In this document: piece after piece, positions 1 to 11,612 of the stretch
Layout of the letters: every line of letters starts with the position of its first letter
Numbering within the stretch: position 1 is the first letter of the stretch
Assembly (NCBI GenBank): GCA_051942245.1
Contig: JAVECL010000039.1
Coordinates: 1-64,000 of the forward strand
DNA length: 64,000 bases
From: Trypethelium eluteriae
Lineage: Eukaryota
Direction of reading: 5' to 3'
Notes under the pieces: model-generated
Told to the model about the DNA's origin: nothing
Databases searched by the model: none
Seen by the model: the letters and a program-made list of their open reading frames with translations, nothing else
Made by a program: the position numbers and the translations under genes

Positions 1-879
1 ACCGTCTGATATTGAGGTGGCGGATGTGGTGTTTATGGGTTCAGGATCGGAAGGGGCTGGAGGGGCTTGAGTGCTTTCAGGTGGGGAGACGGGCGAAGTA
101 AATGACGCAGGTGGTTCGGAGGAGGGGGCCGAGCTAGTTGAGGGAATGCTGGCGAGGGCCTCTGTGATGTGGGCTGGTTCTGCTTCTGGATTGGAAGTTG
201 ACTGTGCTTGATCTCTGGAACCCTCAACATTCGTTGCTTTTGCCGATTGATCTTCTTTGAAGAACTCGGAGATCTCAGCCATAACCTCCTCGATCGGTTG
301 CCCGGTGTTCTTGAAGCTTAGCCGCAGTAGTGAGCTTCCCTTGTTCAAACCCAGCTGGCCCAACGTCTTTTGTAGGTCTGGAAGTGTCCCTAGCTCTCTC
401 CCAAGAACAAAGATAACTGGCATATCGTAATATATTCTTCCCGCTCCAGAGACACCATTTTGAAGTTGTGTCGTACCTCGCTGTGTGAAATTGTATGTCT
501 TGTTTGACGTAGATTGTCCTTGACCAGCAGCTCCACTTTCAAATCTTCGTAGTATTTGCCACAGCGATGTGTTGCTTGGAAATTTATCTGTCAAGCGTGT
601 GCTTCCTTCTGATCCCGGCAGCTGCAGGGCAATCGATATGACAGAGGGTGTTCGGGAGGATTGGACAAGATCCAGCTTAGCTCCTGACGAAAGGCCAGAC
701 AGCCGTATACTTAGGGACAAGTCGACGACCTTGTTCCCTTGCTTGAGCTCATACTGATCTGCATTCAACCCTTTGACTTTGCAAGCTTGCTCGAGTACGT
801 CTCGTAAATAGGTACCTGGCGAGGTTTTGATTTGTGTTCGACGCGCAGCTGAGTCGATGACAAAGATGTGGGACGCCAT
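1..879 (-). CDS. ubx4: UBX/TUG (ASPL)-family Cdc48 cofactor, N-terminal part; the gene runs off the left edge
   Basis: Manual translation from ATG 879: MASHIFVIDSAARRTQIKTSPGTYLRDVLEQACKVKGLNADQYELKQGNKVVDLSLSIRLSGLSSGAKLDLV...RLTDKFPSNTSLWQILRRFE...DLQKTLGQLG, matching the TUG-UBL1 N-terminus. It is absent from the ORF track, consistent with no stop inside the window. Confidence 0.85.
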   Translation of the reverse strand, partial: MASHIFVIDSAARRTQIKTSPGTYLRDVLEQACKVKGLNADQYELKQGNKVVDLSLSIRLSGLSSGAKLDLVQSSRTPSVISIALQLPGSEGSTRLTDKFPSNTSLWQILRRFESGAAGQGQSTSNKTYNFTQRGTTQLQNGVSGAGRIYYDMPVIFVLGRELGTLPDLQKTLGQLGLNKGSSLLRLSFKNTGQPIEEVMAEISEFFKEDQSAKATNVEGSRDQAQSTSNPEAEPAHITEALASIPSTSSAPSSEPPASFTSPVSPPESTQAPPAPSDPEPINTTSATSISDG

Positions 880-1474
880 CTTGGTAATGTAGGGAAGTCT
901 TCCAGATTCCTAGTCCAGGATGAGGTGAATTTGCACGCTTTTATGGCTGCCGTCGGCGGCGAAGAAAGCGCTGGCGCAAGCCTGTTATGAATGAAACGAT
1001 GCTTGGGCCGTAAACGACTGTGAGAAATGTATAGCTCCAGACGATAATGAATTTTCTCTCTGTGGTCGTCGGTGAAAGACCTTGGAAGTCCGTCATGCCA
1101 GATTGATCGCTGACTTTGACAGCTTCAGTATAGCATAATCGAATTAGGTGCTTGCCACGTTTGGGAGCCCGTCGCTGCTTGGCTGCCTGTTCGGTTAGAA
1201 TCCTTGGAGTTCGATGTGGCAAAGAATATTAAAGTACTTCGTACGCGGGTAAGAACAACTAAGACGACCTTTCAAGCTTGTTTGCTCGGCTAGGTTGGCT
1301 ATCGGGATTCCTACCTAATGTTTACTTCGTGTCTTACTGTTTGCTCTGGCCGGTGACGTTGTCGCTGTCGTGGTCGCTTGTTGCCCCACCAGAACGCGAC
1401 CTGGAAACCCACCTTTGAACTATTTCCCCCCGGTCCCAGTCTTCTATCCTCTCTTTCTGTACGCCACTTTCACC

Positions 1475-2628
1475 ATGTCACAAATAGTTGAAATCCAATC
1501 GCCCTCCCAATTTCAACAGCTTCTCTCCAGCAGTACCGTCGTCGTGACCGATTTTTGGGCGACATGGTGTGGACCTTGCAAATCAATAGCTCCAATATAC
1601 GAACAGCTATCCTCGCAGCTCTCAAGACCGAACAAGGTTACGTTTACCAAAGTCGATACCGATAAACAGACACAAATAGCCCAGTCTTATAACATCACCG
1701 CGTGCGTAGAATGAACTTACCTGCCTCTACCCCAGTCCCACACCATCATTCCCCGCCAGAGAGCCCAAAAGTCTGATTAGAAATTGCTCTCCGACATAGA
1801 ATGCCCACCTTCCTCGTATTCAAAAACGGCCGCGAAGTCTCACGTCTCCGTGGCGCTGACCCAAAAGGTCTCAACGAAGCTGTCCGCAAGCTCGCTCAAG
1901 AAGCCGATTCGGACAGCTCGTCCGCTGCTGGCTTTGGCGAAGCCTCTTCTTCTGGCTCATCCACAACCTGGCTCGGCGCCTCCCTTCCGCGCAACTACAT
2001 CGACGTCACCGATCAAGTCGACATTCAAGGCATCGACCTCCTCAACGTCGACACCGCCCTCGGCGAGGCGCGCACCCTCTTCCACTCCAGCCGTCCGGGT
2101 TCACTAGCAGCTGCTGAAGGAGGAGGCAAGGGCAAGGGCAAGGAAGCGACGGCTGGAGCAGGGGCAGGATCAGGTGCCAAATCTGACTGGATCGAAAGCG
2201 ACACAGATGAACAGGTTATGCTCTTCATCCCCTTTCAATCAACACTTAAAATCCACACCTTGCACCTCACCTCCTGCGCGCCAGCTGCCTCCGAGGAGGA
2301 AGATGACTCTGAAGCGCCGATGCGTCCGCGCACAATACGTCTCTTTACAAATCGCAGCAATAATCTCGGGTTCGATGAGGCGGAGGACGAGCCTGCAGCA
2401 CAGGAGATTGAGGTGCGGCCTGGAGACTGGGACCCGGCGACGGCAACAGCGAAGCTCGAATTGCGGTTTGTGAAGTTTCAGAATGTGACAAGTCTGGTGG
2501 TCTTTGTGGTGGATGGAGAAGGGGAGGGAGAGAAGGTGCGGCTCGATCGGATACGGCTGATCGGGGAGACTGGGGAGAAGAGGGCGATGGGGAAGTTGGA
2601 AAAGATTGGGGATCAAGAGGGAGAGTAG
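1475..2628 (+). CDS. txl1: Thioredoxin-like protein 1 (Trx + PITH domain); exons 1475-1701 and 1800-2628
   Basis: WCGPC active site; intron 1702-1799 (GT..AG) joins ITA|MPTF; C-terminal PITH motifs ESDTDEQVMLFIPF and LRFVKFQNVTSL. Confidence 0.95.
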
Positions 2629-2890
2629 TGTAGATACAGGTTCTCGTGGAGTTCGTGGAGCTTTGAAACAGGATCTATATGCTCTGTAGTTGTGTGGTGC
2701 CGCTGAATGGGTTTCAAACATACAGGGCTGGTAACCATTCCGACATAAAGATCCAATAGAGAGCACGAAAGCAAAAGGGACGACATCCCTATATATCATG
2801 ATATCTACTTCCCGCAGGAAAGGCTATAGATGCATGGGGCTCAGAGCAGAGATCACCACCACATTGTATCCAAATCTTTGGTCAACCTCT

Positions 2891-5800
2891 TCAAGACAAA
2901 TAACCTTTCTCCCTCAGCCATGCTCTCACATCTTCGGCATCCCTCGTCCTCCACATATCCTTCGCTCGCACACTATCACTACTCTGCGCCAACGCGCGAT
3001 CGAATCCCTTCGTACTTTTGTCTTTGAAGAACTTCTCCACCTCATCCCACTGCTCCCGCTTCGTCAACGCGCTCGTACAAATGGCGACCACACTACTCAA
3101 CATCGTCATCCCAGGTGGCAGCACCTTCTGCAATTGCTCCCAATTCCCCGTCATCCACTTCCAGAGCGCGTCCACACCCTGCTCATGTAGCCTCAACCCA
3201 CTGATCGGCAGGTAGATATCCTGCGGCTTGACGACATTGCTGTCAAGCGGCAGTCCAAGCGTACGCTCGATGAGGTTCGAGCCCTTCGCGCGTCCGAGCG
3301 CGCGCAGCGCCGTGTTGCGCTCCTCGCTCGTCGCCGCATTCTTATACTCAGCGAGAATAGCATCGTATTCCTTGGCGCCGCCTTCCTGGAGGACGATGGC
3401 GTAGATGGCGCCACGGAGGTTAGGGTGGATGGCGGAGCGCTCGCCGGCGGTGAAGCGGGCGAACATGTCGAAGGCGGCCTCGCGGGTGGAGGCATCTCCA
3501 GCGAGGGCGGCGCTGCCGAAGAGGAGCGACTTGAATTGCTGGGCGACGTGGCCGTCGGAGTCGCGGAAGGTCCAGCCGAGCTGGTGGGATTTGGCGCTGG
3601 ACAGGTCGCGCTGGAAGGCGCGGAGCGCGTCCTTGGTGCTCTGGTCTTCGAAGAGCCAGGTGGCGCGGACGGAGGAGAGGCGGGAGAGAATTTCGTCCCA
3701 GACAACGAATTCGGATTCGGAGCTGAAGCTTTGGAGCAGGGAGAAGAGGGCGGATGTCTTTTGATAGCCAGTGGAAGCAAGTGCGCCAGCATCCGCAATC
3801 ATACCTGCTCGGTCTTCAGTCGAGAGAAGGCCCTTCCTTGCAGCGTTTCCAAGTTTCTCCATCCGTTCTGGTGTGTAGGAAGTTCGGTAAATACCCGAAT
3901 GGTCAGCATTCAGTTTGAAAAAATCCAGATCATCGACTTTGAAGCTCTCCTCCCTCTTCGATAGGACAAGGTCCTTATTAACTCCATCTTTAGTACGTAG
4001 CTCAAGAAACACAGGATACAGTGTCTTATCTTCATCTGGCTTAACATCAGCCGTTCGCAAGAATCGGTTCTGCTTCACGTGAATAGATTTTGAGCTTGGA
4101 TCTTCCGTCACGTGCACGACAGGAAACCCGACGTTTTTCGTCCAGATATCCATGACCTGTTCCACATCCTTACCACTGGCATCGCTTAGAGATGCCCAAA
4201 GATCTTTAGTTTGCGTGTTCCCATAGGCATATTTAGCCAAATATCGACGAATACCCTCCATAAAAGTCTCCTCACCGAGATAGGTGGAAATCATGCGGAG
4301 GACGCATGAGCCCTTTGAGTAAGAAATGGCATCAAATATTTGGTTGATTTCGTCCGCTCGCTTGACTGGGACTTCAATTGGGTGACTACTTCGTAACGAG
4401 TCGAGCGAAAGTGCACTCTGCAGATTATCTGCAACATCGAGTCAGTTACAACGGTGTTATGGGGCCTTTCGTGCAGGACTCACCGGTCACATAACCCTGC
4501 CAGACCTTCCATTCCGGGTAGAAGGCATTACAAGAATACCACGACATCCACGTTGCGAATCCCTCGTTTAGCCACAAACCATCCCAAAAGTCCATGGTCA
4601 CAAGGTTGCCAAACCATTGATGTGCTAGCTCGTGCTGGACAACCTCGGCAACGCGCTGTTTTGACGATGCGCTGGCGGTTTTCTGATCGAACAAGATGTC
4701 GACGACCCGATAGGTGACTAAGCCCCAATTCTCCATAGCACCAGCGCTAAAGTCCGGTATGGCAGCCATGTCCATTTTTGGGAGGGGAAACTTGCTGTTG
4801 AACTTTTTTTCGTAGAACTCTAGGGTTCGAGCGGCAAGTTCGAGGGAGAATCGGCCGTGTTCGATATCCTTATCTGGGGTTGCAAAAACGCGAATGGGTA
4901 CTCGAAAACTGTTCGTTTCAATTGACTTCAACTCGCTGACGATAAATGCCAAGAGATAAGTCGACATAAGAGGAGAGGTATTGAATTTGTGGGCAATCCT
5001 CTTGCCACCAGAGATTTTTGAGTCGACCTCTGTCGCGGAAGCTTCGTCCATGTTACTCAGACAGGTCAGATGTTTGTCAGCGATCAGAGTGACGGTAAAG
5101 CGGGCCTTGAGGGCAGGTTCATCCCAACACGGAAATGCTCTTCGGGCATCTGTGGCCTCCATCTGTGTCGTCGCCATCCACTGCTTTGATCCATCAGACC
5201 CCTGCCAGGACGACCTGTAGAAACCCGCCATGTTGTCGTTGAGTGTGCCCGTGAATGTAAGCGAAAGCTTTGCCTTGCTCCCTGCTGGTATCGTCTGGTC
5301 GAACGAGAGTGTAGTCGTTTGAGCGTCCGCATCGTGCGATAATTGCGGCGACGAGGTAATAAGGGATGAACCGGAGCGAACTTCGGATTTCTCGATGTCG
5401 AGTTCTAGGGTGTTGAGTGATATTGATTTTGTATCCTCCAAGACGTCCAGACTGAGAGATTGTTTAGCGATTGTGCTGGACCATCAGTGTGGAGAAGCCT
5501 AGCTTATTGGCACACACTCTATATCCACCTTGCCATCATACTTAAAGGTTTGGAAATTGGGTTCTAGCGTGAGGTCGTAGTGCGTGGGCTTCACATTCTT
5601 CGGCAACACTTCTCGACCCTTGGTGATGTCCAAGCTACCACCAGCCTCTTCCGTGTCTCGGTGAAGCTTGCACATGTTTCGCCGATATGAACAATGTCTC
5701 TTAGAGCCAGTAGTGTTAGAGACTCGCCCAGCTGGCCTATGTGTTGGCGGAGATCTACAAGAGAAGGGCGCAATTGAGCAAATGCCAGAAAAATTGGAAC

Positions 5801-5978
5801 GAAATCTCAACGAAACGACGGAGGGAGAAGTGGAGTAGAGGGCGCGAGGCGGGGAAGAGTCCAAAAGAAAGTGCGCTATGCTCCAAGATCGGCTTCGGGA
5901 GGCGCTTGTAGCGGTAAGAAGGGTGGAATTGTGCCGGGCAATGGCCTGATTAATGGGGCGGAGAGGTAGGTGCTGCAT
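2891..5978 (-). CDS. ape2: M1-family alanyl/puromycin-sensitive aminopeptidase; introns 5452-5517 and 4429-4483; alternative start at 5675
   Basis: GAMENWG and HELAHQWFGN...NEGFA (HEXXH-X18-E) motifs; ERAP1-like C-terminal domain; both splice junctions keep the frame. Confidence 0.95.
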
Positions 5979-8413
5979 GGATATACGATCCCCAGGAATT
6001 AGCGAGCGGTGTAGACTAAGGCTATCGGTAGCTATCGTGCTGGGGGAGTTCTGATGCTGCAAGTCATGGTCATTAAGATCATGTGGAGAGCTTTGGAAAA
6101 CGAGCGAGACTGGTCGGTCGGCGATCCCGCTAGGCGGACCAGGAAACTCCGCACCCGACTTCATCCACAAACCATCTTGCTTCTTTCGTGTCAACGCAAA
6201 GAACGCTCCCGCTGTCTGCTTGCTTTTCCGTCGGCCTGCTGGGTGTTAGATCAAACTGATCGTGCTTTGCGAGACTGATACTCCGCACGTTTGAGGCACC
6301 TGTCTTCTACAACATAGGCAGAATCGTCATAGGTTAAGCGGGACATTCCACCTCTTCAGGCCACCGGTCAACCCCGTCTCAGTTGATGAGTGAGACAGGG
6401 CATCAAATGCATAAGCTCAAACCCTCTCACCAAGTCGATCAAGTCGGTAAAGAAAAGGGCATGTGATAGATATTCTGGTGTCAGGTCATCGTGGCAATGA
6501 CACAATGAACTCGTAATAACGTGGATCGTGGGTATCATACACCTGAGCATCGAATGCCATTGGCCGTTTGGGAGGAATGACACCGTATCTTTGCTTAAAG
6601 CATTCCAGGCTGGTGATGTTTATGGAGTCTTCAGGCTGATGTCTGACCGTCATAACATCGACCTTTCTTCTCATGCAGACGGCGGCAAAAGCCTCGTTGA
6701 AGACTACCTGAGGTATGTATTCGTCAGTGCTAATGTCGATACCTGCAACGTTCGGCTTTTCGCTCTTCCTTCAACTCATTCTGCAGGAGCGTAATCTCAC
6801 TGCACCATGCCACTTCTTTGCGGTCGAAAACTGCCGGAGAATGTCAGAAACACATCTAAGGAAAATATGATTTCTCACCTTATTCCCCAGGTTACGTCTT
6901 ACCATCTCCTGCCCTGGTTGCATAGTACCCTGGCGCCAGAATCGGATCCAAAGATGCTACCGCGAATCACCTCTTCGACTAAGCCTTGATAATGCTATCT
7001 TGCCAAAGAACTTCAGATAAATAGCACTCTAATTCCCTGATGAACGGGTTGTCAGCGTTGTGATAAAGGCCCTGTTACTTTTGAGCAAGTAGTGACAAAG
7101 ATAAACCTTTGGATTGACCATCCACAAACTCGTATACACAACTCTGAAATCCCGAAGTGTCTCTCCTATCTCTTCAAACAGCAATCGATGTCCATTTCGC
7201 AGTGCTTGGCAAAGAACTTGTGTTCATTGTTGGTTACCGTTTCTCGTCAGAGATTGAGTGGGGCAAAAAGGTGGCTCATTGGCTATTGTCATGTGCTTAC
7301 ATGCAGAATCGCACTGCACGTAGCACTGATTCTCGCCAGGACTTTCTGGTGCTTATTGTCTCGAGTTAAGGCTGCATACACGAATACACCGTCTCTTCCT
7401 TCTAGTTACCCCAAGTTACTATTCCTTACCTCCTCCCTACCGCAATACGGCCCTGCAAGATTGTTAGCACCAACATCCCTGCCCTCGGACGTAGCCATCG
7501 CCCTAAGCAAGCTTTGCTTTCACGGCAAAACATGTGACAATGTGTTGAAGACATATATCCATTGATATACGTAAGCATCTAGGCTAGCAGGCTATAACTT
7601 TGGTCTCAGCTTCACACTGAAGATTCTCTCAAGGTGTCACGCTGCTCTGCCCTTTCATTCTCCACTCCCATGTTCAGCTACTTACACCGCCGCTGTGCCA
7701 CTGTTAATCCGTACCCAACCCCTTGCGATCAATTCCTTGAGCAGTATGACAAGCATGTAATCTTCGCCAGCACGTCTCTGTTTGACGTATTGAAAAGGTG
7801 TGACCATCCATGCACGCCATACCCATTCCTCAAGCTCCAGGGACAGGCAGAACGGAGGAAAGGCAAACCAGATAAACTGCCGTACGGGCGCCACTGATCC
7901 ATGCAAACGCCAGACTCCAGATCGGAGTCATCGTAAAAAACATTGTAGGACAAGGCAGAAGGAGAAAATGACGGGAAGAGAAGAGAAGGAGAGTAGAGTA
8001 GCCGTTCCATTCATCCATAGTTGCCCAGAATCCTACTGTGTTACGCCGAGTAGAGTTCCCATATTCATCTGGGTAGAGACAACAAAGTGGGTATCGAGAG
8101 GTGGCTCGTACTCTCCTTGAAAGGGAAAAAAAGGAATAATAATAAACGACATGCAACACCATCCTCTTGCGCCGGGTGGAATACATCGTTTGAAGTTCAA
8201 AACGGTGGATCGAGAATGCCGTTCATGATCAGACAAAACGAAATGAAATAGGTGAAATCGACGACGACAACGCCAATGCGTCAAGAGCCATAGGTGAAGT
8301 AGATTCCACGATTAGCCCAGAACGCCAGGTATCAACCGGAGTCGAGATGGATGCCAGGGCTTTACTTGTAGAGTATCATGTCGGGAATGATGGCGATGGA
8401 CCATTGATCATTC

Positions 8414-11400
8414 CTACCGCGGTGGCGTCTGTGCTATCGTAGGAGATGGAGCGGGTGATGTCTTGGTCGGTTGTTTGCCTTGCTGCATTGTTGTGACTGA
8501 AACGCGCTTGTTGGAATTCTGGATGGTGATCTTTTTGCGCAGGGCATTCAGACGAGTTTTCGTGCCTTCGATAACTACAAGAACATCAACACCGTTACAA
8601 ACGTCTTTATTCGGATGGAAGTGGGACTTACGCTTGACAACGGTTTGCCGATCCTCCGTCTCCATACCGTTGATAATCTCATCGTCAGCTTTGCTGTCTT
8701 TCTTTCCAGTTGCAGATTTTCTCAATGGCTCATCGTCACTCTCGAGAACAGCTTCAAGCATTCGCAGGGCAGTCATGTAGGTAAGTTCGCAGCCCGGGAG
8801 ATCTTCACCGACGAGCTCGTTGACAGCAGCTTGACGACTCATCTCTACGGCTCGGTCATACATCAATTTCTCCGCTGTGACACCCGAAGTCAAGGTAATG
8901 TTCTCGGCAGAAGTTCCAATGCTGGTGTTTGAATTGGTGGTGGCTGGATGATTGTTTGGATGACCCGGGTGATCGTAAGGAAGCTGTTTCTGCGCTTCGA
9001 CCAGCTTGCGACCCACAAATTCCGATTTTTCAAGGCACTCGTTGAAGCGAGAGCGCGCCCATTGGACCACATTATTCATCCGGCCTGGCACATTGACATG
9101 GCTGGTCCTTGCAACTTCCGTTCGAGAGGTGGGAGACTCGCTAATGATCTCTCCTCTATTCCGGTGACCCCACCAGCTCCCAGCCAGATCAATTGCTTTG
9201 GCGAGGATTGACAAGGCTTTGACATAGAGGACCAGAGCTTCTTCAGAGATTGCAACGACAGCATCCACGGTAAGATCGTCGTCCTCGTCATCTGGACCAT
9301 CGCCAGTGCCTGGCCGATGGATACCAAGACCCTGCTCATTCGATGGCACTGCAGGAAGCAACTGCTTGTACTTGACCTCCGCAAAACCATAGACGGTGTC
9401 ACTGCGGGTCGCCGCGTCTTCGATGATGAAAACAACTTCAGTGTCTTTGTCCATTGGAAGCTTACGGCCGTCACTAAGTAGAAGTTGATTACTTTGGGCG
9501 GTAGGGTACATCGGAAAGGCATTGTAACCCTGGGGTGGCGATAAGCCCTTTGGGAGAGGAGGAGAGAAACCAGTGCCAGTCAGACGGAGATTCGCCATGT
9601 TCAGCGCCTTCGAAATTGCCGAAGTTACCGTAGAGCCAGCACTTGATCCGTAACGACGCTCGTATGAGGGTCTGCGTTGGTGAATAACATCCTGCTTCGT
9701 TGCAGTTGGAATTACGCGTCCTTGCGCGCCGTACGTGTTTGGCATCGACGCAGGTGCAGGTGTTGTTGTTCGACGTGTCATCACACCCTGATTTGATGGC
9801 AGACGCACCCCTCCCTGAATATGGGGGCTCGCAGCAAGTTCATCCGCAAAGGCATTCACCTCTACTACACGTTTTTCGACCAGGACGTAATCTCGTTCAA
9901 ATGCAACATCTTGTGCAGCTCGCTCACGCGCCTCCCTAGTTGCTCTATCTTCCAGTTTCCGCTGTGGCGCTCCCCGCTCCCGGTCGAGCTGTTCTTTTAA
10001 GATCGATGAGCTCGGCGAATTCTTGCGACTGCCGTGTCTCTCTAAGGCCATCGCTGCTGCACTTGGTGCCCGGTCCTGGACAGGGGCTTCACGGGCAGGC
10101 GCAGTAGCATGTGTTGTAATACTTGGTCGGTGTGTCGCTGTAAGCTCCTTTTCCTGCGCACGTTGCTCCCTCACTGGAGGCATGGTAGTAGGAGAAGGGC
10201 CTGTGCTTCGGCGACCAGCAGAAGGCGGTCTGACAGGTGCAGTATTTGCTGACACCGGTGAAGGTCGCATTTCTGGTTTTGCCGTCGGTGTCTGAGCAAG
10301 GTCTGACAATCGGTCACGTGAAGGTTTTTCGTTTACTTTGGCTTCGCTCGCAGGTCGCTCAAGCCTTCTCGCTACTTGGGCACTACTTTCAGGCGCCTTT
10401 TGCGCACGTCGTTCTGTTGGAAGTTCAAGCTCGCCGGACATCTTGGGCAGTTCGCGAGGTTTGTCATCTCCAACCAGTCCAGGAATCTCTTCAGTTATGA
10501 CCGGATGCTCAAAAAAGTCCTCGAAACTGATGCGTTCAACTGGACTCTTCTTCAGGAGGCCCCGTATGGCCTTCTTAAGCGAGGTTCCAACATGCAGCCC
10601 CGATGGAAACGGGACAACGTCATCCGCCTTTTCGATCCTTCTTAATAGCTCCACATGGTTTGAGGCACGGAAAGGTGGCTTGCCGACTAATAGTTCGAAT
10701 GTCACAGTTCCGACAGACCACAAATCAGCCTTGGCATCGTACTTCTCATACCGTAGAATTTCCGGCGCCATGTAGAGAGGGGAGCCACAAAGCGTCTCTG
10801 CTAGTGATGTCTGCGGGAGGAATCGAGCAAAGCCAAAGTCGGCGATCTTCAACATCGGTAGAGACTCCAGACCGACCATTGGTACCAGTGAGTTAGCACT
10901 GGCCTCGAGCGGCTTGTCTTCCGGCCTCTGCTGTCGAAGTGACGTGGGGGATGGGTTGAGGAGGAGATTTTGGGGCTTGATGTCGCGATGGATAATGTTT
11001 CTATCGTGCAAAAACTGGACCGCACTTGCGATTTGCTTGAGGAAATGTCGCACAATAACCTCATTAAGGCCTGCCCCTTGCGTATTCGGGTACTTTCTCA
11101 TTGCATCGGCCATGACCGCATGGTTACCAAGTGTATTCCGACCCTTAATGAACTGCGAAAGATCTCCAAGCGAACAATATTCCATGATGATATGCATTCG
11201 ATCTGGCGCATGATGGCAGGCAAATATGGCCACGATATGAGGGTGTTGCAAGCTTTTGAGAATCTCTATCTCGCTTTGAAGGTTGTCTCGGAGCTTTTTG
11301 GTCAGCTTCTGAGTGTCAACAGATTTCACGGCGGCCAAGGATTTCTTAGACTGTTGAGAATGTGTTGTCAGCACAAGGTCTTTCAATGATTTGTGTGCGG

Positions 11401-11612
11401 GATTCTGCCACTCTGCATGACTTTTCCCGGCGATAGCTAGAGGACTTCTCGTGACTCACTTTGTGCCGGGCAGAGTAAACTGTAGCAAAGCTGCCCTTTC
11501 CAATTTGCTCTCCCCGTACAAATTCTCCGATGATCATGGATCGTTCGGTCTCGGAGCTTGAGGATATGCCTCGCCTCGAAGACGAGGATTGGGGAGGTGG
11601 CCGGGCCGCCAT
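8414..11612 (-). CDS. atg1: Autophagy Ser/Thr kinase Atg1; introns 11351-11459 and 8575-8631
   Basis: IGKGSFATVY, HRDIKPQNLLL, DFGFAR, TLCGSPLYMAPE; ERDYVLVEKR..EVNAFADE motif; C-terminal MIT/EAT region (EALVLYVKALS, AEKLMYDRAVEMS). Confidence 0.97.

Noticed and set aside
3193..3964. Several long overlapping alternative-frame ORFs (also at 30240-30876 and 52563-53153)
   Set aside because: Shadow ORFs caused by high GC3 in real genes.
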